Positions 39,394-49,005 are shown, numbered from the stretch's first letter. The stretch is 56,171 nucleotides of DNA from an uncultured Rhodospirillaceae bacterium (GCA_964462145.1 CAYWYB010000001.1:1-56171); one strand, 5' to 3'. Numbers and translations: made by a program. The notes: generated from the letters alone by a model not told the origin.

Positions 39394-40569
39394 TCAATAA
39401 CTCTTCGGCAGGTCTAGAACATTGCTGGCGATATAGTTCTTGATCATGTGCATGCTGACCGGTGCGATACGGCCGATGATCGCCTCGCGGTAAAAGCGCT
39501 CAACAATGAATTCGCTGGAGACGCTGTAACCGCCCAGGGTCAGCATCGCGTTGGAGGCCGCCTTGAACGAAGCCTCCGCCGCCAGATACTTGCCGGCATT
39601 GGCTTCCGGGCCACAGGGCTCGCCGTTATCATACAGCGCGGCGGCCTTGAACAGCATCAGGTTAGCGGCCTCCAGTTCCATCCATGATTCCGCCAGCGGA
39701 TGGGCGATCGACTGGTTCTGGCCGATCGGGCGGTCGAAAACAATGCGTTCCCTGGCGTATTCCGCCGCCTTGTTCAGGACGGTACGGCCTTTTTCCACGT
39801 GCTCGGCGCCGATCAGGATGCGTTCGGGGTTGAGCCCGTCCAACAGGTAATAGAAACCGCGGCCTTCTTCGCCGATGCGGTCCTCCACCGGGATTTTCAG
39901 GCCGTCGATGAAGACCGCGTTGATATCCACCGCATGGCGCACGAATTTTTCGATCTCGCGGGCCTCGATGCAACTGCGGTCGAAGTCCGTATAGAACAAG
40001 GTCAGGCCGTCCAGGGCCTTTTCGCATTCCTCGCGCGGAGTGGTGCGGGTGATCAGCATGAACTTGTTGGCGCTTTGCGCGGTGGTGGTGAACATCTTGC
40101 GGCCGTTGACGATGTAATGGTCGCCATGGCGCACCGCGCGGGTCTCGATCCGAGAGGTGTCCAGCCCGGCATTGGGTTCGGTCACGCCAAAGGCGGCCCG
40201 GTCCTTGCCCTGGATCATCGGCGGCAGCCAGCGTTGCTTTTGTTCGTCAGTGCCGTGGCGGACCACGGGATGCAACCCGAACACGTTGACGTTGATGGAC
40301 GAGGTCGCGCCGCCGCCGTGCTGGCCCACCGTCTGCATCATGATCGCGGCTTCGGTAATGCCCAGCCCGCCGCCGCCATATTCCTCCGGCATGGCGATGC
40401 CGAGCCAGCCGTTGTCGGCCATCTCGCGGACGAATTCTTCCGGAAAGCGGTGCTCGCGTTCAGCCGTTAGCCAATATTCTTCGCCGTATTTATCACAGAT
40501 TCTCTGCACCGCATCGCGGATCGCCCGCTGCTCCGGGGTGAAGGTAAAGCTGGCGTCATACATACTCAT
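39394..40569 (-). CDS. Acyl-CoA dehydrogenase
   Basis: ACAD motifs are present throughout (AAFGVTEPNAGLD, IGEEGRGFYY, GGYSVSSEF.VERFYREA). The ATG at 40569 follows a GGAGGA Shine-Dalgarno. Confidence 0.9.
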   Translation of the reverse strand: MSMYDASFTFTPEQRAIRDAVQRICDKYGEEYWLTAEREHRFPEEFVREMADNGWLGIAMPEEYGGGGLGITEAAIMMQTVGQHGGGATSSINVNVFGLHPVVRHGTDEQKQRWLPPMIQGKDRAAFGVTEPNAGLDTSRIETRAVRHGDHYIVNGRKMFTTTAQSANKFMLITRTTPREECEKALDGLTLFYTDFDRSCIEAREIEKFVRHAVDINAVFIDGLKIPVEDRIGEEGRGFYYLLDGLNPERILIGAEHVEKGRTVLNKAAEYARERIVFDRPIGQNQSIAHPLAESWMELEAANLMLFKAAALYDNGEPCGPEANAGKYLAAEASFKAASNAMLTLGGYSVSSEFIVERFYREAIIGRIAPVSMHMIKNYIASNVLDLPKSY

Positions 40570-40583
40570 TCCTCCAAGACTCG

Positions 40584-41447
40584 TTAGGCGAACGTCGCCG
40601 TTGCGGTCATGCCGATGGTGCCCTCGGGCGTCAGCGCCCACAGCTCGCAGCCATCGCCGGCAGCCGTTGGCCGGCCAACAACCTTGAACGGCGCGGTATC
40701 AAACAACGGCGCCCGCGCCCGCATCTCGTAAGTTTTGATCGCCCTGCCGCCGCTGTTGTCGCGGGCCAGATCAAGCAGGCATTGCGAAGAATACGGTCCG
40801 TGGATCACCAGGCCCGGATAGCCCTCGACCTCCATGGCGTAGGGGCGGTCATAGTGAATACGGTGCGGATTGAAAGTCAGCGCCGAATAGCGGAACAGCG
40901 ATACCGGATCAGCTGTTATGGTGCGTTCCCACGGCGTGTCGCCGGGCGGCGCCTCGCGCTTTGGGATGCCGCTCTTCTCGCCCGGCTTGACCTCGTCGCG
41001 GAAGGCGGTGCGGGCCTCCTCCTCCAGTGCCAGTCCGTTGGGGCCGATGATACGGGCCACGACATTGGTGAAGATCAGCACGCCGGTGCTGCCCTCGCGC
41101 AGCTGAATGTCGGCCAGCTCGGTCTCGCGGGTCAGCTTCTCGCCGACCCTGATCGGCTGGTGATAGGTGGTCTTGGTGCCCGCGAACATGCGCCGGGGCA
41201 AGGGCATCTCGGGCAGCACATCGCTGTCCATGGGCAAACCGTCGGCGCCCAGGCGGTCACGCCGCGCCATGGGCACGAAATAGCCGCGATGCCAGCCCGG
41301 CGCGATCGCCTCGCCGTCCCCAGGCGCCGCCTCGTCGCGGTCGAAGGTGACGATCATGCCCCGTGGCGGGGCGGCGGTGGCGACGTCCTCTTCCACCACC
41401 TTGGCGCCGATATGTTGGCGCAGCGCGTCGATATCGATGTTCGTCAT
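40584..41447 (-). CDS. Double hot-dog MaoC-like (R)-hydratase/dehydratase family protein
   Basis: 287 aa. The C-terminal half carries a MaoC motif (FNPHRIHYDRPYAMEVEGYPGLVIHGP). Confidence 0.75.
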   Translation of the reverse strand: MTNIDIDALRQHIGAKVVEEDVATAAPPRGMIVTFDRDEAAPGDGEAIAPGWHRGYFVPMARRDRLGADGLPMDSDVLPEMPLPRRMFAGTKTTYHQPIRVGEKLTRETELADIQLREGSTGVLIFTNVVARIIGPNGLALEEEARTAFRDEVKPGEKSGIPKREAPPGDTPWERTITADPVSLFRYSALTFNPHRIHYDRPYAMEVEGYPGLVIHGPYSSQCLLDLARDNSGGRAIKTYEMRARAPLFDTAPFKVVGRPTAAGDGCELWALTPEGTIGMTATATFA

Positions 41448-41485
41448 GATGTCTTCCTCCTTGGTTTATTCTTTTTCACTGCGGC

Positions 41486-41851
41486 TCAGCTGACCGTGGA
41501 AAATGCCTGGCCATCAAACTCGCTGATCTCCATCTCCGCCAGGGTGGTTCTGTCGACGCCTACGAGGCAGAAGATATTCACGGTGACCATGTCGGGCGCC
41601 ACCCTGGGCCGGTGGAAGGGATAGATGCCGCAGGTCTTGCAGAAATAGTGCTTCGCCGTCTTGGTATTGAATTGGTACAGCTGCAAGGCGTCCTCGCCTT
41701 GCAGAATGCGCAAGCTGTCCAGCTCCACCCGATGCATGACCGCGTTGCGCCGGATGCAGATGGAGCAGTTGCAGGTTCCAGCCTTGTCCAGCACCGTATC
41801 AACCTCGAAGCGCACGGCGCCGCAATGGCAGCTGCCTTGATAGGTTTGCAT
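41486..41851 (-). CDS. GFA family protein (glutathione-dependent formaldehyde-activating / CENP-V fold)
   Basis: Its Cys pattern is CHCGAVRF...CNCSIC...FCKTCG. Confidence 0.85.
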   Translation of the reverse strand: MQTYQGSCHCGAVRFEVDTVLDKAGTCNCSICIRRNAVMHRVELDSLRILQGEDALQLYQFNTKTAKHYFCKTCGIYPFHRPRVAPDMVTVNIFCLVGVDRTTLAEMEISEFDGQAFSTVS

Positions 41852-41923
41852 GCGATGAAATCTCCCGTCCTTTTGGTGCTATGATGCGTGCACAGCGTAA
41901 CGGTAGCAGAAGGTAGCTGGATA

Positions 41924-42991
41924 ATGGAAATCTGGACAACGGGCGCGGCCTCGCCACGGGGCATCATGAAACTGGCGCGGGAGGTCGAGGAAAAGGGCTG
42001 GGACGGCCTGGCGGTCGTGGATTCGCAAAACCTTTCCGGCGACCCTTATGTCTCGCTCGCCATGGCGGCCACGGTGACCGAGCGCATCGGCCTGGCCACC
42101 GCCGTGACCAATTCCGTAACCCGGCAAGCGGCGGCCACCGCCACCGCCATCGCCTCCGTGAACCGCGTCGCCGAGGGTCGCGCGGTATTGGGCATCGGGC
42201 GGGGAGATTCAGCGCTGGCCCATCTGGGCCGGGCACCGGGCAAGGTTGGCCATTTCGAAACCTATCTGCGCCATCTACAAACCTACCTGCGCGGTGAGGC
42301 GGTACCCTTTGAAGAGGTTGATATTTCCCTGGAAATCGCGCCGCCCATGTCGGAACTGCACCTGGCCGATGCGCCCACGGAAAGCCGCATCGCCTGGATG
42401 GCAGGGACGCAGAAGGTTCCGGTCGAGGTCGCGGCGACCGGTCCCCGGGTGATTGGCATCGGCGCCTGCCTGGCCGAGCGGGTGATGTTTACCCTGGGCG
42501 CGGATCTGGACCGCCTGGGCTGGGGGATTGAAACGGCGCGGGCGGCGCGCCAGGCCGCCGGCATGGACCCCGACGGCGTGGCCTTCGGCGCCTACATCAA
42601 CCTGGCCTGCCATGACGATATCGCGGCGGCCCGCAATCTGGTGCGCGGCGGCCTGACCACCTTTGCCCGCTTTAACGTCATGCACGGCCGCACCATGGGG
42701 CCCTGGTCCGAGGCGGCGAAGGCCGCCCTGCATACCCTGGTCGCCGCCTATGACATGAACAAGCACACCCGGGGCGACTCGCGCCAGGCCGGCACCTTGA
42801 CCGACGATTTTATCGATCACTTTGCCATTGTCGGCGGACCAGAGGTTGTTATCGAACGCCTGGCGGCCTTGGCCAATCTGGGCCTGGACAAAGTCATCAT
42901 TGGCGGCCGTCTGGGTACATCAGGTGATGCCAACGCGGCGCAGTCATTGACAATGCTGGAGCAGGAGGTGATGCCGGCGGTGCGAGGTTGA
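41924..42991 (+). CDS. LLM class flavin/F420-dependent oxidoreductase
   Basis: The ATG at 41924 gives MEIWTTG..., with a TIM-barrel LLM-like sequence (GWDGLAVVDSQ, LGIGRGDSA). Confidence 0.7.
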   Translation: MEIWTTGAASPRGIMKLAREVEEKGWDGLAVVDSQNLSGDPYVSLAMAATVTERIGLATAVTNSVTRQAAATATAIASVNRVAEGRAVLGIGRGDSALAHLGRAPGKVGHFETYLRHLQTYLRGEAVPFEEVDISLEIAPPMSELHLADAPTESRIAWMAGTQKVPVEVAATGPRVIGIGACLAERVMFTLGADLDRLGWGIETARAARQAAGMDPDGVAFGAYINLACHDDIAAARNLVRGGLTTFARFNVMHGRTMGPWSEAAKAALHTLVAAYDMNKHTRGDSRQAGTLTDDFIDHFAIVGGPEVVIERLAALANLGLDKVIIGGRLGTSGDANAAQSLTMLEQEVMPAVRG

Positions 42992-43012
42992 GGCTGAGTC
43001 TTAAGGCCGGGT

Positions 43013-43678
43013 CTACCGCTTTTCCAGCAGAAACACACCCTGTTCGCCGAACAGATTGGCCCGGCCCGGCGCCTTGCCGATGGCCTTGGCGTTGCCTTTG
43101 CGATCCAGGGTCAGGCCCTGTTCGATGTTCAGCTTCATCTCCTCGCACAACTCCATGAAATCCAGGATCGTGCACAGGTGAATGTTGACGGTATCGTACC
43201 AGGGCACCGGCAGGTCCGAGGTTATGGGCATGCGGCCACGCAACAACAGATCCCAGCGTACCCGCCAATAGCCGAAGTTGGGGAAGGAAACGATGGCCTG
43301 GCTGCCGATCCGCAGCATCTGTTCCAGCACCAGGCGGGGATAATGCAGCACCTGCAGGCTCTGGCTCAGAATCACCACGTCGAAGGCGCCGTCGGGATAG
43401 TCGATCAGATCCGCATCCGCGTCGCCCTGCACCACAGACAGGCCCCTGCTGACCGAGGCATTGACGCCGTCCTGGCTCAATTCCATGCCGCGGCCATCAA
43501 TGCTCCGCTCCCGCTGCAGGAAATGCAACAGATCGCCGTCGCCACAGCCGATATCCAGGACCCGCGCGCCGGGCAATATCATATGGGCCAGGACCGGAAA
43601 ATCCGGGCGGAAGACGACCCGGCGGTCATGCCGCGCCGTACCCGGCAGGCCCGAGCGCCTTTCCGCGATCTGGCTCAT
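43013..43678 (-). CDS. metW: Methionine biosynthesis protein MetW
   Basis: It has a SAM-MTase-like motif (VLDIGCGDGDLL) and typical MetW length. It lies directly downstream of metX. Confidence 0.88.
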   Translation of the reverse strand: MSQIAERRSGLPGTARHDRRVVFRPDFPVLAHMILPGARVLDIGCGDGDLLHFLQRERSIDGRGMELSQDGVNASVSRGLSVVQGDADADLIDYPDGAFDVVILSQSLQVLHYPRLVLEQMLRIGSQAIVSFPNFGYWRVRWDLLLRGRMPITSDLPVPWYDTVNIHLCTILDFMELCEEMKLNIEQGLTLDRKGNAKAIGKAPGRANLFGEQGVFLLEKR

Positions 43679-43680
43679 GT

Positions 43681-44889
43681 TCAGGCCAATCCCCGGCGGA
43701 TCGCCGCCGCCTGCAAAAACCCGCCCAGGGTGGTGAACATCTCCGGTTCGTCCAGCAGGAAGGCGTCATGGCCCTTGTCGCTTTCAACTTCGACGAAGGA
43801 GACCCTTGCCGCCGCTGCGTTCAGGGCCCGGACAATGGCCTTGTTCTCCGCCGTCGGGTACAGCCAGTCGGAGGTGAAGGAGACGATGCAGAATTCCGTA
43901 CTTGTTTTACGGAAGGCATTGGCAAGGACGCCGCCATATTCCGCCGCCATGTCGAAATAGTCCATGGCCCGGGTTATATAGAGATAGGAATTGGCGTCGA
44001 AGCGGTCGACAAATGTGGATCCTTGGTGGCGCAAATAGCTTTCCACCTGGAAATCCGCACCGAAGCCGAAGGAGAGTTCGGCGCGGTCCTGCAAATTTCG
44101 ATCAAACTTGTTCTGCAAGGCGGCTTCCGAGAGATAGGTGATATGGGCCGCCATGCGGGCCACCGCCAGGCCCCGTTTCGGCACGACGTCATGTGCGTAA
44201 TAGTCGCCGCCGTGCCAGTTCGGATCGGCCATGATGGCCTGCCGCCCGACCTCGTGAAAGCCAATATTTTGGGCCGAATGCCGGGCCGCGGTGGCGATCG
44301 GCGCTGCCACATAGACCGTTTCGGGATAGTTAGCGGCCCATTGCAGTACCTGCATACCGCCCATGGACCCTCCCGTGACACAGAACAATTGCTCTATGCC
44401 CAGGCCGTCAATCAGACGTTTTTGCGCCCGCACCATGTCGGCGATGGTGATAACGGGGAAGTTCAGGCCGAATGGCTTGTTCGTGGAAGGATCAATATCC
44501 TTGGGACCCGTGGTCCCCAAGCAGCCGCCCAAGACATTGCTGCAAATAATAAAATAACGGTTGGTATCAAGGGTCTTGCCGGGCCCAACCATGGTTTCCC
44601 ACCAGCCGGGCCGGCCGGTGACTGGGTTGGTGCCAACCATGTATTGATCACCGGTCAGGGCATGGCAAACCAGGATGGCGTTTGATTTCTCCGGGTTCAA
44701 TTCGCCAATCGTTTGATAGGCGATCCGTACCGGTGCCAGACTGCCGCCCGAGTCCAGGGTCAGGGGCTGCTCCTCTGTAATGGTGAAGACGTGTTCGGCT
44801 GGCGTTGATGCGGACTGCCCGCCGCTGGCGGTACTGCCGTCCGCCAGCCCCTCGGTAGAGCCTTCCGCCGCCTCGCCGCTTATTGTCAT
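43681..44889 (-). CDS. metX: Homoserine O-acetyltransferase
   Basis: It is an alpha/beta hydrolase with the nucleophile motif GGSMGG and the C-terminal [10 protein letters not shown] prefer the ATG at 44889, which follows a GGAG Shine-Dalgarno, over the TTG at 44898. Confidence 0.92.
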   Translation of the reverse strand: MTISGEAAEGSTEGLADGSTASGGQSASTPAEHVFTITEEQPLTLDSGGSLAPVRIAYQTIGELNPEKSNAILVCHALTGDQYMVGTNPVTGRPGWWETMVGPGKTLDTNRYFIICSNVLGGCLGTTGPKDIDPSTNKPFGLNFPVITIADMVRAQKRLIDGLGIEQLFCVTGGSMGGMQVLQWAANYPETVYVAAPIATAARHSAQNIGFHEVGRQAIMADPNWHGGDYYAHDVVPKRGLAVARMAAHITYLSEAALQNKFDRNLQDRAELSFGFGADFQVESYLRHQGSTFVDRFDANSYLYITRAMDYFDMAAEYGGVLANAFRKTSTEFCIVSFTSDWLYPTAENKAIVRALNAAAARVSFVEVESDKGHDAFLLDEPEMFTTLGGFLQAAAIRRGLA

Positions 44890-45030
44890 AATCTCCAAAA
44901 CCCCATCCTGATAGTTGGGTACTATGCAGCGCCCCTTGCGCTGTCAACGTAATCTTTGCGAAAATTTGCCCTCTCTTGCACTTGCCCATGATACAGCGGG
45001 AGTGTATCACCGCCATCCGGGCCTAACATC

Positions 45031-45095
45031 CAAACGATCGCCCAGACTGATCGCCCAAACCGACCGCGCAAATCGAACGCACAAATCGAACGCAC
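45031..45095. repeat. Five-unit, decaying 13-bp tandem direct repeat
   Basis: The units in phase are caaacgatcgccc, agactgatcgccc, aaaccgaccgcgc, aaatcgaacgcac and aaatcgaacgcac. The last two are identical. Confidence 0.85.
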
Positions 45096-45110
45096 CTGGC
45101 TAGGATAATA

Positions 45111-46001
45111 ATGATGCCGACGACGACCCCAGACCTGGATGATTTAAGGCGCCAGATCGATCAGATCGACGCCGACCTGCATGACAAGATCGTGCAGCGG
45201 ATCGCCTTGATCGATCAGGTCGCCAAGGCGAAACAAATGCAAGGCAATGACTCATCCGCGATGCGTCCCAATCGGGAAGCGGAAGTCGTGCGTGGCCTTG
45301 TCGACCGCCATGAAGGTCAATTGCAAACCGCCACGGTGATCCGAATTTGGCGGGAGTTGATCAATGGCGCTACGGCTCTGCAGGGCCCGTTGAGCGTTGC
45401 CGTCTGCGCGCCGGCGCGTTCGGTGGGATACTGGGATATGGCACGCAACCATTTCGGTTCTTCCGTGCCCATGACCCTGCACACCTCGCCTTCGGTTGTC
45501 CTGCGCATGGTCGATGATGTGCCGGGCGCCATCGGCCTGCTGCCATTTCCGCAAAGCGGCGAGGAAAATCCATGGTGGCCGGCGCTGGCCTCTCAGGCGA
45601 ATGATCAGGCTGGGCCGCGGGTGATCTGGCGGCTGCCGTTTTTCGCCTCGCCCACGGGCCGGTTCGAGCAATTGGAATCCCTGGCCGTGGCGAAGCTGAT
45701 GCCGGAACCCAGCGGCCAGGACGCCACCGTGGTTATGGTCGAAACCGATCCGGACGTATCCCTGGCCCGCGTGATGGATCAACTGGGCCAATGCGGCTTT
45801 ACAGCCCATCCCTTGGCCGTGCATGAACAGAGCCACGGCGGACCGCGGCAACAGCTCATAGAACTGGATGGCTTGATCCGCCATGGGGATGCCAGCATGG
45901 CTAAATTCCACGAAAAAATGGGCGAAGGATTGTTCCGGGTCGCGATCCTGGGCGCCTATCCCAGGGCGCTGACCGCCAGTGAGGGGGAGACTTCCGCATG
46001 A
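45111..46001 (+). CDS. Chorismate mutase domain protein with a degenerate prephenate-dehydratase-like C-terminal region
   Basis: The N-terminus LDDLRRQIDQIDADLHDKIVQRIALIDQV is an AroQ-type chorismate mutase helix. The remaining 200 or so residues weakly resemble PDT/ACT. Confidence 0.7.
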   Translation: MMPTTTPDLDDLRRQIDQIDADLHDKIVQRIALIDQVAKAKQMQGNDSSAMRPNREAEVVRGLVDRHEGQLQTATVIRIWRELINGATALQGPLSVAVCAPARSVGYWDMARNHFGSSVPMTLHTSPSVVLRMVDDVPGAIGLLPFPQSGEENPWWPALASQANDQAGPRVIWRLPFFASPTGRFEQLESLAVAKLMPEPSGQDATVVMVETDPDVSLARVMDQLGQCGFTAHPLAVHEQSHGGPRQQLIELDGLIRHGDASMAKFHEKMGEGLFRVAILGAYPRALTASEGETSA

Positions 46002-47101
46002 CCACGCCGACACCGAACCAGGGCATCATGGACATCACGCCGTACATTGGCGGCGATGCCACGGTCGAGGGTCTGACCCGCGTGGTCAAGCTGTCCTCAA
46101 ACGAGGCGGCGACCGGTGCCTCGCCCAAGGCCATGGCCGCGTTTCGAGCCGGCGCCGAGGAATTGCACCGTTATCCCGAGGGCGGCGCCGCCGACCTGCG
46201 GGCCGGTCTGGCGGAGATGTATGGCCTGGACATCAATGGCATCATTTGCGGCAATGGTTCCGACGAAATCATCAGCCATCTTATCCACTCCTACGCCGGT
46301 CCGGGCGACGAGGTGGTTTATACCGAGCACGGCTTTCTAATGTATCCGCTGGGCGCCATGGCCTCGGGCGCGACGCCCGTCAAGGCGGCCGAGACGGATT
46401 TCACAGCCTCGGTCGATGCCATTCTGGCGGTGGTGACAGAGCGGACAAAGATGGTCTTTCTGGCCAATCCGAACAATCCCACCGGTACTTATATCGCGAA
46501 TTCAGAGATCCAACGCCTGCGCGCCGGTCTGCCTGATCACGTCATGCTGGTGATCGACAGCGCCTATGCCGAGTTTGTCTCGCGCAATGATTATTCACCG
46601 GGGATCGAGATGGTCGAGGCGCATGACAACGTGGTCATGACCCGGACATTTTCCAAAATATACGGCCTGGCCGGATTGCGCCTTGGCTGGGCCTATTGCC
46701 CGGAAGAAGTCGCCCTGGTCTATCACCGGGTACGCTCGCCCTTCAATGTCAATTCAGCGGCCCAGGCGGCTGGTCTGGCGGCCTTGCACGATGTGGCCCA
46801 CACCGATGCGGCTCGGAACCATAATGACCGGGAACTGGCCCGGCTGCACGATGAATGCCAGCGGCTGGGCTTGCCATGCATCCCTTCGGTGGGGAACTTC
46901 CTGACTGTTCAGTTTGGTACCGACGGGCCGCGCTCGGCGACGGAGGCGCAGGAGTTTCTGCGTACCAAGGGCATTTTACCGCGCGGCATCGGCGCCTATG
47001 GCTTGGGTGCCTATTTGCGCTTCACTGTTGGCCTGGAAGATGAAAACAAGCTGGCGGTCGCGGCAATGGAAGAATTTCTGAGTAAGACAGATGGCGCCTG
47101 A
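45998..47101 (+). CDS. hisC: Histidinol-phosphate / aromatic aminotransferase (class II PLP)
   Basis: 367 aa with KLSSNE, NPNNPTG and the PLP lysine motif (TRTFSKIYGLAGLRLG). It overlaps both neighbouring genes. Confidence 0.88.
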   Translation: MTTPTPNQGIMDITPYIGGDATVEGLTRVVKLSSNEAATGASPKAMAAFRAGAEELHRYPEGGAADLRAGLAEMYGLDINGIICGNGSDEIISHLIHSYAGPGDEVVYTEHGFLMYPLGAMASGATPVKAAETDFTASVDAILAVVTERTKMVFLANPNNPTGTYIANSEIQRLRAGLPDHVMLVIDSAYAEFVSRNDYSPGIEMVEAHDNVVMTRTFSKIYGLAGLRLGWAYCPEEVALVYHRVRSPFNVNSAAQAAGLAALHDVAHTDAARNHNDRELARLHDECQRLGLPCIPSVGNFLTVQFGTDGPRSATEAQEFLRTKGILPRGIGAYGLGAYLRFTVGLEDENKLAVAAMEEFLSKTDGA

Positions 47102-48050
47102 GGTCGACAAGCAGCCGAAGCCGCCGCGTTTCGAGCGTTTGGCGCTGATCGGCGTCGGCCTGATCGGCTCGTCCATCGCCCGGGCCACCAAGCGGGCCGA
47201 TCTGGCGGCTAGCATCGTCGGTTGCGCCCGTACCGCGAAGACACGCGACAAGGCGCTGGAGCTGGGCATCGTCGATGCCATGTACGAAGACCCTGCCGAG
47301 GCCGTGGCCGGTGCCGATCTGGTCATCGTCTGCTCGCACCTGGGCAGCTATGTCAGTGTCGGACAGGCCATTGCGCCGGCTTTGGCGCCCGGCGCCATTG
47401 TTACCGATGTGGGGTCGGTCAAAGGCTGCGTGGCGCGTGACCTGGGACCGCATATACCCGACGGCGTGCATCTGGTGCCGGGGCATCCGGTTTCGGGCAG
47501 TGAGAAATCCGGGCCCGAAGCCGGCTTTGAATCCCTGTTTGATGACCGCTGGTGGATCCTGACGCCGGACGAAACAGCGGATGGCGCGGCGGTGCAACGC
47601 CTGGCGGCCTATGTTCAGGCCTTGGGCAGCAGGGTCGAGATCATGGCGGCGGAACGCCATGATCTGGTTCTGGCCATCACTTCGCATCTGCCGCATCTGA
47701 TCGCCTATAACATCGTCAGCACGGCGGACGACATGGAAACCGTGACCCAGGGCGAGGTGGTGAAATATTCCGCCGGCGGCTTCCGCGATTTCACCCGGAT
47801 CGCGGCCTCGGACCCGGAATTCTGGCGCGACGTGTTCCTTAATAACCGCGACGCCGTATTGGAAACCCTGGGCCGTTTCACCGAGGACCTGATCGCCCTG
47901 CAACGATCAATCCGCTGGGGCGAGGGCGATGAGCTGCTGCGCGTATTCAGCCAATCCCGCGATATCCGCCAGCGCATTATTCAGGCCGGTCAGGATACGG
48001 AGGCGCCCAATTTTGGCCGTCAGGGCGAGGCCTCGACAGACGCGGATTAG
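47091..48050 (+). CDS. tyrC: Prephenate/arogenate (cyclohexadienyl) dehydrogenase, TyrA family
   Basis: It has a Rossmann motif (LIGVGLIGSS) and the catalytic region GHPVSGSEKSG plus SHLPHL. Confidence 0.85.
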   Translation: MAPEVDKQPKPPRFERLALIGVGLIGSSIARATKRADLAASIVGCARTAKTRDKALELGIVDAMYEDPAEAVAGADLVIVCSHLGSYVSVGQAIAPALAPGAIVTDVGSVKGCVARDLGPHIPDGVHLVPGHPVSGSEKSGPEAGFESLFDDRWWILTPDETADGAAVQRLAAYVQALGSRVEIMAAERHDLVLAITSHLPHLIAYNIVSTADDMETVTQGEVVKYSAGGFRDFTRIAASDPEFWRDVFLNNRDAVLETLGRFTEDLIALQRSIRWGEGDELLRVFSQSRDIRQRIIQAGQDTEAPNFGRQGEASTDAD

Positions 48051-48054
48051 CGCG

Positions 48055-48969
48055 CTAACCCCGCACCGGCGTGCCCAGTTCATCGCGCAGGTATTCGCCC
48101 AATAGGCGGAATTCATCGCCTCTGCTGGAAGTCTTACGCCAAACCAAGGCGATGCGGCGCGATGCGTTCGGGCTGGAGAACGGCCGGAAATCCAGTTTCA
48201 GCCCCCTGAGCAACCCTGCATCCACCGCCATTTTCGGCAGCACCGTCAGGCCCAGCCCGTTGTCGACCATCTGGACCAGGGTATGCAGGCTGGTGGCATG
48301 GAACAGACCCGCTTGCGCCTTTGCCTCCAGCTTGCCCATGGCCAGGGTTTGATCGGTCAGGCAATTGCCGCCCTCCAATAGCAGCAATGTATCCTGGTCC
48401 AGGCGGGCCGGCGTCATGGTTTCGAATTTACCGATTGCATGACCCCGCGAAAAAACGGCGACGAAAGGATCGTCGGCAAACTCAAAAACTTCTGATTTCT
48501 CGGTCTCGAACGGCAATGCCATCAGCACCAGATCCAAGGCGCCATCGGCCAACTGGCGGAGCAACGGCACAGTCTGTTCTTCGCGCAGGTATAGCCGCAG
48601 GCCGGGATAGGCATCCCGTAACCCCGGCATCACCCTGGGCAGCAGGAACGGCCCGATCGTGGGAATTACGCCCATACGCAGATCACCCGCCAGGGGCGCA
48701 CCCGCGGCCTTTGCCAGATCGGCCAGATCTTCAACTCTTGTCACGATCTCCTTGGCCAGGCTGACCATTTCATTGCCCAGACGCGTCGGCATGACCGAGC
48801 GTTTGCTGCGTTCAAAAAGCGGCGCGCCAAGGATGCTCTCCAACTCCCTGATGCTGGCGCTCAAGGACGACTGCGTCAGCAGGCAGGCCTCCGCCGCGCG
48901 GCTGAAATGGCGATGCTCGGCCACGCTAAGAAAATGTCGGAGCTGACGCAGGGTGGGTTCGGCCTGCAA
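48055..48969 (-). CDS. oxyR: LysR-family regulator, OxyR-like (single conserved sensing cysteine)
   Basis: It has the HTH LRHFLSVAEHRHFSRAAEACLLTQSSLS and the segment LLLLEGGNCLTDQ, which aligns with E. coli OxyR LLMLEDGHCLRDQ. It is divergent from a peroxiredoxin gene. The start is TTG at 48969, with an AAGGA Shine-Dalgarno upstream. Confidence 0.7.
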   Translation of the reverse strand: MQAEPTLRQLRHFLSVAEHRHFSRAAEACLLTQSSLSASIRELESILGAPLFERSKRSVMPTRLGNEMVSLAKEIVTRVEDLADLAKAAGAPLAGDLRMGVIPTIGPFLLPRVMPGLRDAYPGLRLYLREEQTVPLLRQLADGALDLVLMALPFETEKSEVFEFADDPFVAVFSRGHAIGKFETMTPARLDQDTLLLLEGGNCLTDQTLAMGKLEAKAQAGLFHATSLHTLVQMVDNGLGLTVLPKMAVDAGLLRGLKLDFRPFSSPNASRRIALVWRKTSSRGDEFRLLGEYLRDELGTPVRG

Positions 48970-48993
48970 GGGATGTATCCTTAATTAAGTGAT

Positions 48994-49005
48994 TTAATCG
49001 ATTAA
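48994..49005. promoter_or_regulatory. Candidate LysR/OxyR operator, palindrome TTAATCGATTAA in an AT-rich spacer
   Basis: A perfect 12-bp palindrome (T-N11-A compatible) sits about 25 bp upstream of the oxyR-like start, next to a TTAATTAA palindrome. Confidence 0.4.
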
